NCBI GenBank assembly: GCA_001938485.1
Contig: MQRK01174637.1
Coordinates: 89,724-144,247, forward strand
DNA from: Girardia tigrina
Lineage: Eukaryota
Direction of reading: 5' to 3'
DNA: 54,524 nucleotides
A program made the position numbers and the translations under genes. Of the stretch, positions 24,882 through 38,126 are shown one piece after another (position 1 is the stretch's first letter; every line of letters starts with the position of its first letter). The notes beneath the pieces are model-generated. The model had not been told where the DNA came from, made no database searches, and worked only from the letters and a program-made list of their open reading frames with translations.

Positions 24882-26380
24882 CAGTTCGGCTCATAAGTCT
24901 TTGATATTTTTTATATTTTTTATTATTTTTTCCATAACTTACTCAAAATCTTATCGAATATCATTAAACTTGGTAGAAATTTTAAAAATAATGGTATCTT
25001 TCTTTTAAAACATTAGGCCTTGCATTTCATCATTTTGTTTTAATTATGCAACAATAAACACATAAAGTTAAAATTTTCAATGTTTATAAAATTATAGATT
25101 ATCTGCTTTTCTTAAAGAAATAAGAACACAATATTAAAAATAACTATAGATATTTTTTACTACGACATAAATGTATACACTAGTATTTAGTTTGCGAACC
25201 TTTGGCGAGATGAACGGTTTTTAATCGTCTTGGAATGGAATCATACAAATTTCCTATATCTGAGGTTGAAATATTCTCCCATTTTTCCTGTATATAAGTC
25301 CATAAATCAATAGCTGATTGAGGATTACGTCTGCCAACATGTCGCACCATCTTGAATGAATACAGATGTAGTATCGTAAATCTTTAACAAGCCTTCTTTT
25401 AAAACAGCTTGATATCCCAAAGATTCCATTCTTTTATGGCACTTTACAAGGACTTTAGCACCATCACCTTTAATGGCACCCCATACCATTATGGATAATA
25501 ACCGTCTTGCAAACGTAGCGGTTACAAAACCTTGAATTTTTGGGTCTTTTTGACATATTTCCGACGTGAACTGAACATTTCAATAATTGTCTCATCTGAA
25601 TAAATCATCTTCTTCCGTGTAGTAATGTCTAACGCTGAATATGCCTTGGCCCAAGCCACTCTGTTTTTTTCATATTAATTTTGTTAATAAATGTTTTTTT
25701 GCCGCAATACGTCCGCAAAGACCTCCTCTACTTAAATATCTTTTAACTGTAGCCATGGATAACTCTGTTGGGTCATTTGTGAGTCTATACACCTCGGCGG
25801 CTGAAAGAAACAGGTTTCTTTTGGAGGTACGACAAAGATTTCTTCTTTCTCGCAAGGTTGCTTTTATAGGTCTACCAGTCCTTTTACCGTCAGTAGTGCG
25901 TCCAAATTTTAGGTACTTTTTCCAGATGTAATGGACTGTTGATTGTCCTAGCATCAGATCTTCAACAACCTCAATTTGCTTATAACCGGCTTTTATTTTT
26001 TTCATATCAAATCTTTTATTTGGTCACTGATCCTAGGCATTTCTAAAATCAATATCTAAGATTAAACATTTAAAAACTATACAGAACATTAATTATAAGT
26101 TTAAAATAAAATAATAATATAAATAAAATAATTCCTATGTCTTAAACGTCATTGTTAATAAAAATATAAAAACTAGTAAAATTATGAATATGGCGTACTT
26201 TATGATAAATCGTTAGATTATTAAACAAAATGATGAAATGCAAGGCCTAATGTTTTAAAAGAAAGATAGCATTATTTTTAACAATTCTACCAAATTTACT
26301 GACATTCGATAAGATTTTGAGTAAGTTATTTATAAAATAGTAAAAAATAAAAAAATATCAAAGACTTATGAGCCGAACTG
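24882..26380 (-). mobile_element. Tc1-family transposon with about 160-bp TIRs, defective transposase
   Basis: TIRs start CAGTTCGGCTCATAAGTCTTTGATATTTT (about 24882-25040 and 26222-26380) with TA TSD. Broken ORF 26040-25180: MPRISD..., RTGRP, LCGRIAAKK, IYSDETI, IMVWGAI, LYDSIPRRLK. Confidence 0.93.
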
Positions 26381-27694
26381 TAAATAAAAGAAATATAAAC
26401 ACATTTTAAAATATTTAATTTAAAATAATAAATTATTTTAAAAAAAATATTTAATTAAAAACAATTGCAATAATTTTATGAAATTGTAAAAGAAGAAAAA
26501 TGATTAATTAAATAAATGAAAATCACAACACAAATTTCACAAAAAAAAGATAAACGAAATACAAATCTGTTTGAAAATGTGTTTAATTTTATGTGTAATA
26601 TTATTAATAAAAAATTGATTATCACGAATATTTTTTTAAGATGCAATAAATCAAAAATAATAAATTTATAGAATTCCTTAAGGAAATCGTGAATTAAAAA
26701 AATATATTGTTTTCAAAAGAAATTATCATTTTAATTGTAATTTGAAAATTTTATTATTATCGAATTTTTATTTTTCGAAAATAATTTAATTTAATATTAT
26801 ATTTTTTCATTAAATTTAATAAGTGATAATTTTTTTAATATTTTTTAAAAATTAAAAATAATAATTTAATTTATATTTTTTAATAAATATTTTTTTATAA
26901 AATTTAANNNNNNNNNNNNNNNNNNNNNNNNNNNNNNNNNNNNNNNNNNNNNNNNNNAAAATTTAATTAGTGATATTTTTTATATTTAAAAATAAAATAA
27001 CAAGACATTTAATATTTAAAAAATAATTTTTTTTAAAGAAATTAATATAATTATAATTTTGTTTGTGTTTATAAAATATTTATATAAATTTTAATTAGAT
27101 TTATTATGTCGGTTTTTGAAATTATGCGAAAAGTCATTTCCGTTTAAGAAGATTGTTGTTGGGTCATTTTGAGGAATAAAAACAAGACGAAGAAAAAAAC
27201 GTTGAATTAAATAAATAAAAAAATTTAATATTTATTTTTGTTCAAAATAGACTTTTTTGTGACGGCAATTTTTGTTTAAAGAAATTTTATTAATTTTCAT
27301 TTTTTTGTCTTGTAAAATAAACATGACGGAAATTCGGTGAAGAATTTCATTTCTAGAGTTTTTGTGAATAGAGGAGAACTTGAGTCTTATTTGACTTTCC
27401 AATGCCGAGGAGTTCCTGGTAAAATTGTTTTTTTTGGTTTTATTAAAAATTTGAGCAAATAAAAAATTGGATAAAAATGGGTTTATTGATTTTTTCCAGT
27501 ACTTTTGAGTGGTAATTTTCAAATAAAATATTTTAATTTTATGTAATTATGATAATAATTGAAAATATAAATCTGTAGGAACATTAAACTTTATGATCGG
27601 ACAAAAATGATCATTTTTTTTAATAAATTTTCTTTTTTATTAAAAATTTATTTAATGAAAGCTTTCTAAAAACTACATGTCAAATATAAACAAA

Positions 27695-28886
27695 CAGATC
27701 TGTCCAGAAAATCTTGACCGATTTATAGAAAAGTGAAAGATAAGCATTTATTGTTATTTTCATCATCATCTCTAATGTGTTCAAAGAATTGTACATTGTG
27801 AGCCATGCACTTCGCCCACCGTTCTGGGAGTTTTCTAATTCCTTTGGTGAAGAGGTTTCTCTTCAATCCAATGCTCCAACACCACTTGAACTTCTTCCGC
27901 TGAATTGATTTTTCGTCCTGGGAGGACGGTTTTCATAGGGGAGAATAAATAAAAATCGGAGGAAGCGAGGTCAGGTGAGTATGGTGGATAGGGTAATACC
28001 CTGAACCCAATTTCCTGTAGCTTATTTACTGATTTTTTCGTTGAAAGAGGTCTGGTGTTATCGTGAAGGTAAGTAATTTGTTGAGCTCCTCCTCCCATAA
28101 GCCGCCTCCGCTTTTGTTGTATTGCAGCAACAAGACAATCAGGCTGTTGATAGTAGGTATCCGCAGTAATTGTCTGTCCATGAGGGAGAACTTCCATTAG
28201 TAATACACCTTTGCATTCCAAAAAAACTGAATTCATGTGCTTTCTAGGTATATGTACACGACAAACTTCAATTGGAGGATTGTCTTCTTCTCCTCGCCAA
28301 GAACGATGATGTTGTGAGCCTCCATTGTCCCAATATATCCAGGATTCATTTATGGTTACCAGTTTTCCAAGAAAATTAAAAGCCGACTGCTTTACTAACA
28401 GTTCGTTACATATTCTTCCTCTATTAGCCATTTGTTCAGGGGACAGCAGATGTAGGATCCATCGATTACACAAGTACCTTTTCCCCATCTGAATGAGATG
28501 ATTTCGAGCTGTCTCCGGAGAAATTGCCAACTCAAGTGCTATGGAGCGATATGTGCTGTATTTGTGTAAATCTGGCTGTTGCAATATCAATTTTCATTGA
28601 CGGCCTTCCAGAGCGCTGTAGATCTTCCACATTAAAATCGCCGTTGTTAAACTGTGTTGCCCATCGACGGCAAGTGCTCTCACCACAGCACCACTTCAAA
28701 GTTCTGCATTCATCTCTTTACATATAACAGGGGGATTCAACAGGAAAAAATGATTATTTTTGAATTATATTTTACAAAATCATTCACATATGTATATCTC
28801 ATCTATACTGTAAATATAGCCATTTATCAATGCGTTCACTAGATACTTATAGAAAACCATCGGTCAAAACTTTCTGGACAGACGTG
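27695..28886 (-). mobile_element. Mariner (DD34D) element, defective
   Basis: TIR pair CAGATCTGTCCAGAAAATCTTGACCGAT / ATCGGTCAAAACTTTCTGGACAGACGTG followed by TA. Motifs TINESW, HDNTRP, YSPDLASSDFYLF. Frameshifted at both ends. Confidence 0.92.
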
Positions 28887-31016
28887 TATCTGGTTAATAT
28901 GGAAATGTATTAAAGATTATTATTCTTGACAAAAGTCTATTTAAATTATTCTTTATAAATGTTCCAAAGATGTAACATTGCTATCCATCGTTCTATTTGC
29001 TTTATATGATTTCCAAAAAAAATCCATATCCAGAACCTTCTTGGTTACGGTCTATATGAGTACCAAATAGATCCCAATTTAATCATCCCAACAGTAAACT
29101 TATGTCATCAGTAAAAGTCGCATTAGAATATTTAAAAGAATTGAACCTTTTGATAATAAATGGTCAACTTGAAATAAACGATACTCTATAATAAACAATT
29201 TTCGATTTCAATATGTTATTTTAACGAAATTTTACCATGATGAACATGTTCAGCGATGACATATGCGTAATACAGTGATGAGGAGAGCACAGCCTTTTAT
29301 GAACTCATCCTACCTGAATTTGCTTGGTAAATGGAAGGAAGAAAGAAAAGGGAATGGCGGAGGACAGCATTTTAGGTGGCTAAAAAAACCATCGTTTCGT
29401 ACCTGGCTTGCAAATTTTCACTCGCTTTTGGCCGAATGCCGGGTTCCAGCCGTAGCCCAAAAATATTCAAAAAAGTATAAATCGATGAATACTTAATAAA
29501 ATCATTTAGTAGCGTGGAAAATACCAGGGAATATTGTTATATCATTGAGATTTAGCGTTATGAAAAATTTTGGCTTGTTAAGTCATCAAAAAGTGGTAAA
29601 AAATCTGTTTGCCAGATTTAAAAAATACAAAAAAGGATTCAACATTGTGAGGTGTTCGGGGCTGATTTTAATATTTTTAAGGATTAGGTTAGGGTTAATA
29701 TTTTGTTATTAATAAAAATGTCATTAATAAAACTCCTATTTTCAATTTGAAATACAAAATGAAGTATTAAAAAAATTATACCCAAAACCAATGCCTCTAA
29801 TTTGATGGTCGTACTTCATATATACTTTATGTATATATATTGTCCCTCGGTCATTCTTTAAGAATATTTTAACACATTTCTTTTCAAGTTATTTTACAAA
29901 GTGTAAGATAGTTGCATACATTCATTTCCACTTATTCTTCAACATATTTTATAAATATTTTTCCATTCTTTTAATTAGTTCAATTTTTTTTAGTCAATCA
30001 ATTTTCTTCAAACTTTGCACACTTATTCATTCTCGATGACTGTAAGTAGCGTTTATGCCACTTTCATTACTATCAAATTCCGAAGTCGTAATTAAACACC
30101 ACAAAATTTATGTAAACTTATTTCATAACTTTTATTAAAATATATCAATTGTTATTACTGCAAGCATATTTTAAATAAGTATTTATTTTATCATATTTTT
30201 ACTCTACATTTTATTTTTTCAATTTATTTCTTTTAAATTTTCAAATTAAAAAAATATTAAACTATTTTGCGAAACTTAAATTTAAACTAACCCCTCATAT
30301 CCCCCTTCTTTAAGAATTTTCTTAATTTTTCCACGTTTCGATCTAAAATTTTTCCATCTTCATTTATTACTTTATACCTTTTGTCATGTGTTTTCTCTAT
30401 CACTTTCTACGGTCCTTCATATTTATCTTTACTCTTTATCCCCATTTCCACCTTGACTAGTACTTCATCTCAAATTTCAAAATTTCTTTTGGTTGTTGTG
30501 TCTTCTTTTTCTTGCTGTCTCTTTATATATTGACTATGCCATCTTTCTCTGTATATTTTCTTACAGAATATAATTTCCGCTGGACTCTTCCCTATTGTTT
30601 TCTGAAAATATGTCTTTAATGGGAATTCTATTTCCGGTAATAGTTCCTCCTAGTCTGATCCTTTCTTTGTATGTAAGAATGCGTTTAAATATTCTCTAAT
30701 TGTCCAAAATTGTCTTTCTACTATTCCATTCGTGTTATGATGGTAAGGGTTTGAGTAACACATTTTAATCCTCATGCTTTCAGCCATGTCTTTTATTACC
30801 TTCGATTCGAATGCTTTACCACAATCTGTATGAATCTCTTTTTCGGAGCACAAAACCGTAAAATCCATTATGTCATAATTGTATTCTTTATAGTGGTTTC
30901 GTCTTGTTTACTAACGACAGTTAATGAAATATATCTACTGAATAGATCGATGATCGCGACAATGTATTTTTTCTATCTCCATGTCTCTTTTAGTGGTCCA
31001 CAAATATCGATATATA

Positions 31017-31921
31017 CAGTAGGGGACACATTATTATAACCACCTGATATTTTCATGCTTTTTAATTGTAACCTCCGTATTTTCTCATGTTTTGGTGAAA
31101 CGATTTTTGAATGTAGATCAACAACAAGGAGACGTGTCTGTCAAACACCAGGAAGTCAACCAGTGGTGCGTGAAGCCGTCAAACACCCAACGAAAGTCAT
31201 GTTTTGGGGTGTTATCAGTTCAAAAGGTCCTGGACATTTGCATATTGGCGATGGTATGATGAAATGGTTTTCTTCAACTGAAAACTTTGTTTTCATGCAT
31301 AATTCAGCTCCATGCTACAAGGCTAGGGTGGTGACTCAATTTTTGGAAACCAACCTTCCTTGGCCTGAGAATTCTTCTGAATTAAACCCCATAGAAAACA
31401 TATGGGGTATTATGAAGGAGAAACTCAGCCAAATTACTCATACAACAAAGTATGAGCTTATTTCGAGTGTCCTCCGCAACTGGTTTCGTGATGATGAATT
31501 TCAGCAGAATCTTCAAAACTCTATTGATGGAATGCCTAGACGTCTCCAGGAAGTAGTGAACGCTAAAGGATGACAAACAAAATATTAAATTGTTTAATTT
31601 ATCATTTATTAAACTCAGTTAACTTATTCTATGAACAATAAAACATTTGTAATCAGGTATGTACATATTTAAATTTTGCATTCTGGAATAAAACATGTAT
31701 TTCTTACCTTTTTGATTTTCTTACATTTTGATCATTTTGTAATAGAATTGTGGTAATTTTTCAGTATAAGGTTTAAAAGTTGTCACATTTTCTGATAGGG
31801 TGATAAAACAAACACAGAAAGTATCAAAAATATTACTGCATTTGCTAATAACCTTATAAATAATGAGAAAACCTAAAAAAACATGAAAATATCAAGTGGT
31901 TTAATAATGTGTACCCTACTG
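31017..31921 (+). mobile_element. Internally deleted Tc1 (DD34E) element nested in the gypsy integrase
   Basis: About 48-bp TIRs starting CAGTAGGG(G/T)ACACATTATT, with TA TSD. Motifs KVMFWGVIS, HNSAPCYKA, WPENSSELNPIENIW. Removing it restores the integrase frame EPFEKLYIDICGP. Confidence 0.93.
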
Positions 31922-34445
31922 TAATTTCTCAAATGGTTCGTTTGCGACCAATGTTATTCGTTTTTCTTTTGTGACCGTCGATATTGTTTAGCTTTTTTGA
32001 CATGATTCACATCGTCCTATTACCTCCTTTATTATTTCATTTTGGTTGGTCATTTCATACTTTTCTTTAATATATTTTGTCACTTTTTCCTCACCAATGT
32101 GAGAAAGTAACGTGTGTATCTACATAATCATTTCTCCTCTGTTTGATTCCGGTATCTAAATTTTTCCTTTCTTCGTCTTTATTATACCATCTATAATCAC
32201 AAGGTTTTTGTTTTTACCTGTCTATATGTTCATCTTTATTTTTTCCATGACTCCTTCTTGATATTTATATATATATTTATGATATCTACTACGTTTATCC
32301 TTCGCGTCTTGATCTTATGCGTCTTTGCCTCTTCATGTGCCATTAAACATTGTGTGCGTGTATCACACTTGTTCCGTGATAACATATCTGCGTTAGAATG
32401 GTTCACTCCTTTTCGTTATTCTAGTTGTATATTCAGACTTGATAGATAGTTTATCCACGTCTGAAATTTCGCTGTAATTGCTTTTTTTGTCTTCAGCATG
32501 AATGTAATTGCCTTGTGATCTGTCCGCAGAATGAATCTCTTTCCCTACAAATAATGGTTAAAATGTTGACAAAAGTAATACATTGCGAATAACTCCTTTC
32601 TTGTGATACAGTAATCTTTCTCATGATTACTCATTGAGTGTGACCCATTTGCAATGACTCTCTCGTGACCATTTCTATCCTTCTGCGACAGTACCGCTCC
32701 GATGGTGTCGAAACTAGCGTCCGTATCTAGAATAAATTCCTTCTCCACATCTGGGAATCCAAGAATTTGGGGTGTAGTCAAGGCTTCCTTCATCTCAGCA
32801 AATGCTATATCACACGCCTCTGTCCATAATAATTTCTTCTTGTGCAATCCACACAATTGCTCTAATGTCTTTGCTTTCGTTGCATAATCTTTGATGAATC
32901 TTCTATAATAGTTACAGATCCCTAGGGAACTTCTTAAATTCTTTATACATTTCGGTTTTTCAAAAGATTTAATAGCTTCCAATTTGGACGGATCTATTTG
33001 AATCCCTATTTCGTTGATTACATGCCCCAGGAATTTGACTTCTGTCTTTAAAATATGACATTTTTCTGGATTAATTCTTAGACCTGCTTCTTCAATTCTA
33101 TCAAATACTCTGTCTAAAATCTCGTAATGCGTTTTCTAATGATTTTGAGAAGATTAGGATATCGTCCAAATAAAATACTGTATGTTCTATATCCCCCAAT
33201 ATCCTTTCATAAGTTTTTGAAACGTCCCCGGTGCCGCTGCAATACCAAACGGCATTCTGTTAAAACAAAATTGCCCAGTTTTCGTCGAAAATGCCGTTTT
33301 CAGCTTTAATTCTTCTTCTAGTTCTACCTGGTAATATGCATTACCCAATCAATCGAAGTAAAATATCTAGATCCATACAAATTTTCCATCATCTCTATCA
33401 TATTGGGCATTGGAAATGCCTGTCTCTCTGTAACTAGATTCAGTTGTCTAAAATCTAAGCAAAGTCTGATATCATTTTTTCTTTTTTCCACACGCTTATC
33501 ATCGGAGTATTCCATGGAGAGTTACACTTCTTTATAATGTTGTTTTCCCACAAGTTTTTTATAGTTTCATTTATTTTCTCTTCTAGATTGCTTGGCTGTC
33601 TATGTGGTCTCAAATTAATTGACGGTCCTTTTGTATATATTCTGTTTTATCAGCGCCGTGCATCCTATATCCCATTTATCCGCCATGAGGACTCTTTTAT
33701 GCCTCTCTACGATATTGATTATCTTTGGTTTATCAGCGATATGCATCGTATTTTTGGCTTTCTAAAATGGTTCCTCGTCTGTCACTTTCTGGCCAAATCT
33801 TGCTTCTAAATTACATACCTGAAAATTTTGATCGAGTATTTCCTCGTTTTTCCTTTTCCAACATAACTCAATTCCGAACTCACTCTGAAAATTTATTCCG
33901 CCTATTATGTCTGGTTTTATTTCAGTTACAACTATAAACGTTATATTTCTGTTTGTCTTTGATATTTACATTCACTGATATCTTACCAATACATTCTAGT
34001 GAACTGTTATTAGAATAGTGTAATTAAATATCTGCTGCTTCCAATTTCACATCCTTTAGTTTGTCAAAAATCGTCTTGCTCATGATGTTCACTCTAGCCC
34101 CAGTGTCTAATAAACAGTCACCCTTGATATGTTGTATCTTTACTTTTACACTTGATCGACCTTGCATTTTGTTGTATACGATATTTTCAGCTTTCCATTC
34201 TTCTATGGTTAAAATCCTGGTTTTTTCATTAGTATTTCTGTCCTCTACTGGTTCAACTAAACATTTTCCACAATTATCTCCGTATACATCTTTTTTTATA
34301 AACTTCCGAACTTTATCATTTACGTTCCATTCCACTGCTTTAATATTTTCTGATTTGTCACTCATTACGTCTATAATATCTCTTATACTACTTTTACTAT
34401 AAATACCGATATTTTTGAAGTCCTTTATATTTATTAGTTATTAAG

Positions 34446-34529
34446 ACTAGGTGTATCCTTTCCGTCGGATGGTGTATTGTTAAACCACCATAATGCTTCC
34501 ATGATACTGATATTCGATCGAGACGCAAT
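34446..34529 (-). repeat. 84-bp exact inverted copy of 24222-24305 (integrase of a different LTR family)
   Basis: The reverse complement is identical by eye to ATTGCGTCTCGATCG...GGATACACCTAGT at 24222-24305. Confidence 0.92.
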
Positions 34530-35527
34530 ATTTAAACTAACCCCTCATAATGACAATAAATGATTATGTAAAAATTTGATCGAAAAAAATTTTTAAGGTC
34601 CCAAAATGGGAAAAAAAGAAAATTCGGAGTTCCCGATCAATATTAATTGAAAAAGATCTGCTTAAAATTATAAAGAGTTTTTATTAATTTTTTATTGTTT
34701 TTTAATTAAAATTTTTTAAATGTTAATTTTTTTTAAATTTTAAAAACTTTGTTGACAAAGTAGAATGTCTGCATAAAGAATGGATAAAAAATAAATTTAA
34801 AAATTTACTAGTTTTTTTATAAATAGTTCAAATAATGTGAAAGGTGTAGACTAACCACAATGAAAAAATAAGCATGATTTATTTTAAATGCAAGAAATAA
34901 GGATCTGAAAGTATAAAAAATTTAAAGTTTTCTCAATTTAAATGTGGTTGATAATAGTATTTCATTTTTCAAATTGTTCATAAAATTACTTACTTTTAGA
35001 GTCACAAGAAAGAACAAGACTAAACATTTTGTACATATTTGAAGGTTATAGAAATTTCCTTCAGAGAGCCCACTAAATATTTCCTATTTCTACAACTTTT
35101 TTTGTAATATTTGTAACAATAAAAAAACTGAAGTAAATGTAATTTGGTTATGAGGAAAATGTAGATTAAAGTTTTTAATAAAATTAACATAATTTTAAAT
35201 TAACAAATTTTGAAATCAAGAAATTAAAACTTTAAAAGCATTCTGGAGATACCATAGATCTTAAAAGTTTAAAAATTTTCTATACCGAAAAGAATATTAT
35301 AATATTTTAATTAAGATAGTTTTTATTTAAAAATATTCTTTTAAAACAGTATATAATGAAAGTCGTATTTTGCACTTTGACTGTCGCGACGGCTTAAGTC
35401 ATCAACCTTTTCTTCATTTCGACCATCGCTCTAGCTTTAGCTGACATGCAGTAAAATACTCACAACTCATAAACAGTTAATCGGAAAAGACTAATTCAAC
35501 ATCGGAGTTTATGATGCCTACCGAAAG

Positions 35528-35681
35528 ATGTGACACCAAGCTCCGACTTTCCCTATAGGAGGGCACTTTGAGCTGAGACGTTAAAAGAGATATGAAAAGA
35601 GTTTCGAAGAGATAATTTTAACTTTTAATGTCTCAGCTCAAAGTGTCCTCCTATAGGGAAAGTCGGAGCTTGGTGTCACAT
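35528..35681. repeat. 60-bp inverted repeat with a 34-nt spacer
   Basis: Arms 35528-35587 and 35622-35681, with two mismatches. Confidence 0.95.
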
Positions 35682-36261
35682 TTTTTGAGCTGAGACGAAA
35701 ATTATCTCTTCTATAACTTATGCTTTTCCTTCGAATCAGCAATAAATTTCAGAATACGTATTAAATGTAAGAGTTTCATGAAACTTTCACAGTTTTTCAA
35801 TCACCAAATGATTATACATAAACAAATTTATTATAAAGTATAATTAAAAAAGTCATACGTCATTTTTACAATTTGATAACAACACTTAAACATATGATTT
35901 AATATAACCAGTAATCAATGAATCAATGTATTAACTTTATTGTTTAAACCACGTGGATGACGTAATTTAAGAGGGGGTTGTTGTATCTATGTTTATAAAT
36001 TATTTAACAATATGCATATTATTCAATCGCGATAAATAAAATACTTAAAGAATTTAATTTTATTGAATAATTTAATATCCGGCTTTTCAATTTTCAAGTT
36101 TCTTTACTTAAGAGAAACATTCCTAACTCCGAAAAAATAATTCTTACAAATCCGTATTGTAGCAGTCTCTTAATTCTGATAAAAATATATAGTTTGACGC
36201 CAACTAGTCGTTCGTGACCTCCATCATTTGACGAGTCAATTTATTTAAATGTTTGGCCTCA

Positions 36262-36675
36262 CAGTGGGGGACTGGCTACTTATTCTCAGGATTGCTCAGG
36301 GGCCCGTAATTGCATGCAGTGTAACGAATTTTTTCTAAACAAATTTTACCTCTGTTAAATTTACGTGAAAAATGACTTTTGTGCACACTACGGTAGTTAC
36401 ACACCAACATTGTAATATCATTTGATAGCGCGCTAGCGTGGTTAAGTTATACTAACAAACTTAGCAGTTAAAACAAATAAATAAAAAAATATTGGTAAAT
36501 CAGCCTGATTATTATAATTCTATACTTGCATTGTTGATTTAAATAAATTGTTTTCATAAAGTACAAATCAATATATATTTTTATTATTTTTATTCTACAT
36601 AGGGATCGGATGCCTAACATTTGGAAAGGGCTCGGGTTGCTAACGCAACCCAGCAACCCGACTATTATGCCACTG
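36262..36675. mobile_element. Probable hAT-type MITE (about 414 bp)
   Basis: CAGTGG...CCACTG termini, degenerate 8-bp TSD TGGCCTCA / TGGCCGCG, GC-rich subterminal motifs, AT-rich core, no ORF. Confidence 0.55.
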
Positions 36676-38126
36676 TGGCCGCGAGACGACCAAAGTATAA
36701 AAAAAGTATAAATAATTATATTAATAATCTTTAATGTAAAAATTATTATTAATTAAAAAATCAATATAAGATTGCAAATTATTAAATACAGAAAAATTGA
36801 AAGACATTAGAAACTGCGTTCTTGGAAATTGCTGTATTATTTCTGGTTGTCTCTGATTTATTTCTAAAAAACTATAGCAACAAACTAATTAGAATTTTGT
36901 ATACAAGGAGCGAATAACGGTATCGTCTATTACAAAAAAAGAAAGCCAATTACAACATTCCGGTCAAAATCGAGAAAATATAAATTTTGTGGAATTAATC
37001 CTGCAGCAATAAGCGAATATTAACTCTCTTCAATATAACCGACCGACGTGGATCTTATAAACATTGCTATCGAGAACACATCAAGTAAATTAACTATTCT
37101 TTGACCTCTCCGACCTCGAGCGATTTTTGTGATTACGATTACCTTCTTTGAACCCTACTTCCGTTCAAACTTTAGTAAACAATATAGTTTCGTCAAAAAT
37201 TATTTGTCCTTTTTTAATACGTATTAAAATGAAAGTGATTTCAAATTCAAAATTATTGTAACTAGAGATCCCTTTCTTTTATACATATAATCTTTCAAAA
37301 TAAGAGGAACAAGTTACAATGAAATCCAAATCTTTAATATATTTGTAAACAGTAATAGGTGTATTTCAAATTTAATAATTAATGATTAATTAATCCATTT
37401 AATACTTCCGTGTACAAGTAATTAAAAAATCTATCAAATTTTAGAAAATCTAAACGACATTTTATAGTTTTTTTCCGGAGAAGTTAATTTCAATCACTTT
37501 GGATTGGGAAACACGTTTTTTGTTTCAGTTATTAGAAAAATTAAACTTTAATGTAAATAATTATAAAAAATTTTTAATAGACTTTTTTAAAATTAATGCA
37601 CTTTTTAGTGAAATAAGGAAATGTTTGAGTAGTAAAAATATTTTGATTCCGGTTGTTTAAAGTATTAAAAAAATACTTAAAATGATCTTTAGACTTGAGC
37701 AACTATTGAAGGAGAAAAGAAAATCTCACATCTTCTTATAAAAAAAACAAAATTAATTTATAAAATATGTTCTCATTGAAAGATGCCATAGAAAAGGTTA
37801 CCCTAAAAACGGTAATCAGAGGAACAAACGGTAAACAGATCAGAAACTAAAAATTTCATAACAATCAAAAATAAAGTATGAATGAAGAAAATTAACACTT
37901 TGACGTTGGCGTCGGTTGCACTGACATAAAATTGATATTTTGACTGTCGCTATTTTGAATGTGTCGTTATTTGGACCGTATCCCGAAAAAAATGTATCAT
38001 CAGATACAGTGAAAAATTATGGATCATATATGATGTTAAAACAAAAAGTGAATAGAATTTTTTTAATAGAAAACGAAGTACAGTTTATAGGAATAGATTG
38101 GAGTATTTATTATTATTTTTTAATTA

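Larger units (their letters stand above)
30041..34549 (-). mobile_element. Ty3/gypsy LTR retrotransposon, degenerate, 5' LTR and most of gag deleted
   Basis: Domain order PR (LLDTGARVN), RT (RLCLDFRQLN, YLDDIL), RH (FILDTDAS), IN (YIDICGP, HTDCGKAF, NGIVER). PPT AAAGAAGGGGGA. 3' LTR 30041-30299 and a 20-bp 5' LTR stub at 34530-34549. TSD ATGAC at 30036-30040 and 34550-34554. Confidence 0.93.

Noticed and set aside
37930-37985. Mutator-like TIR end with short internal repeats
   Set aside because: No partner end or TSD found in the window.
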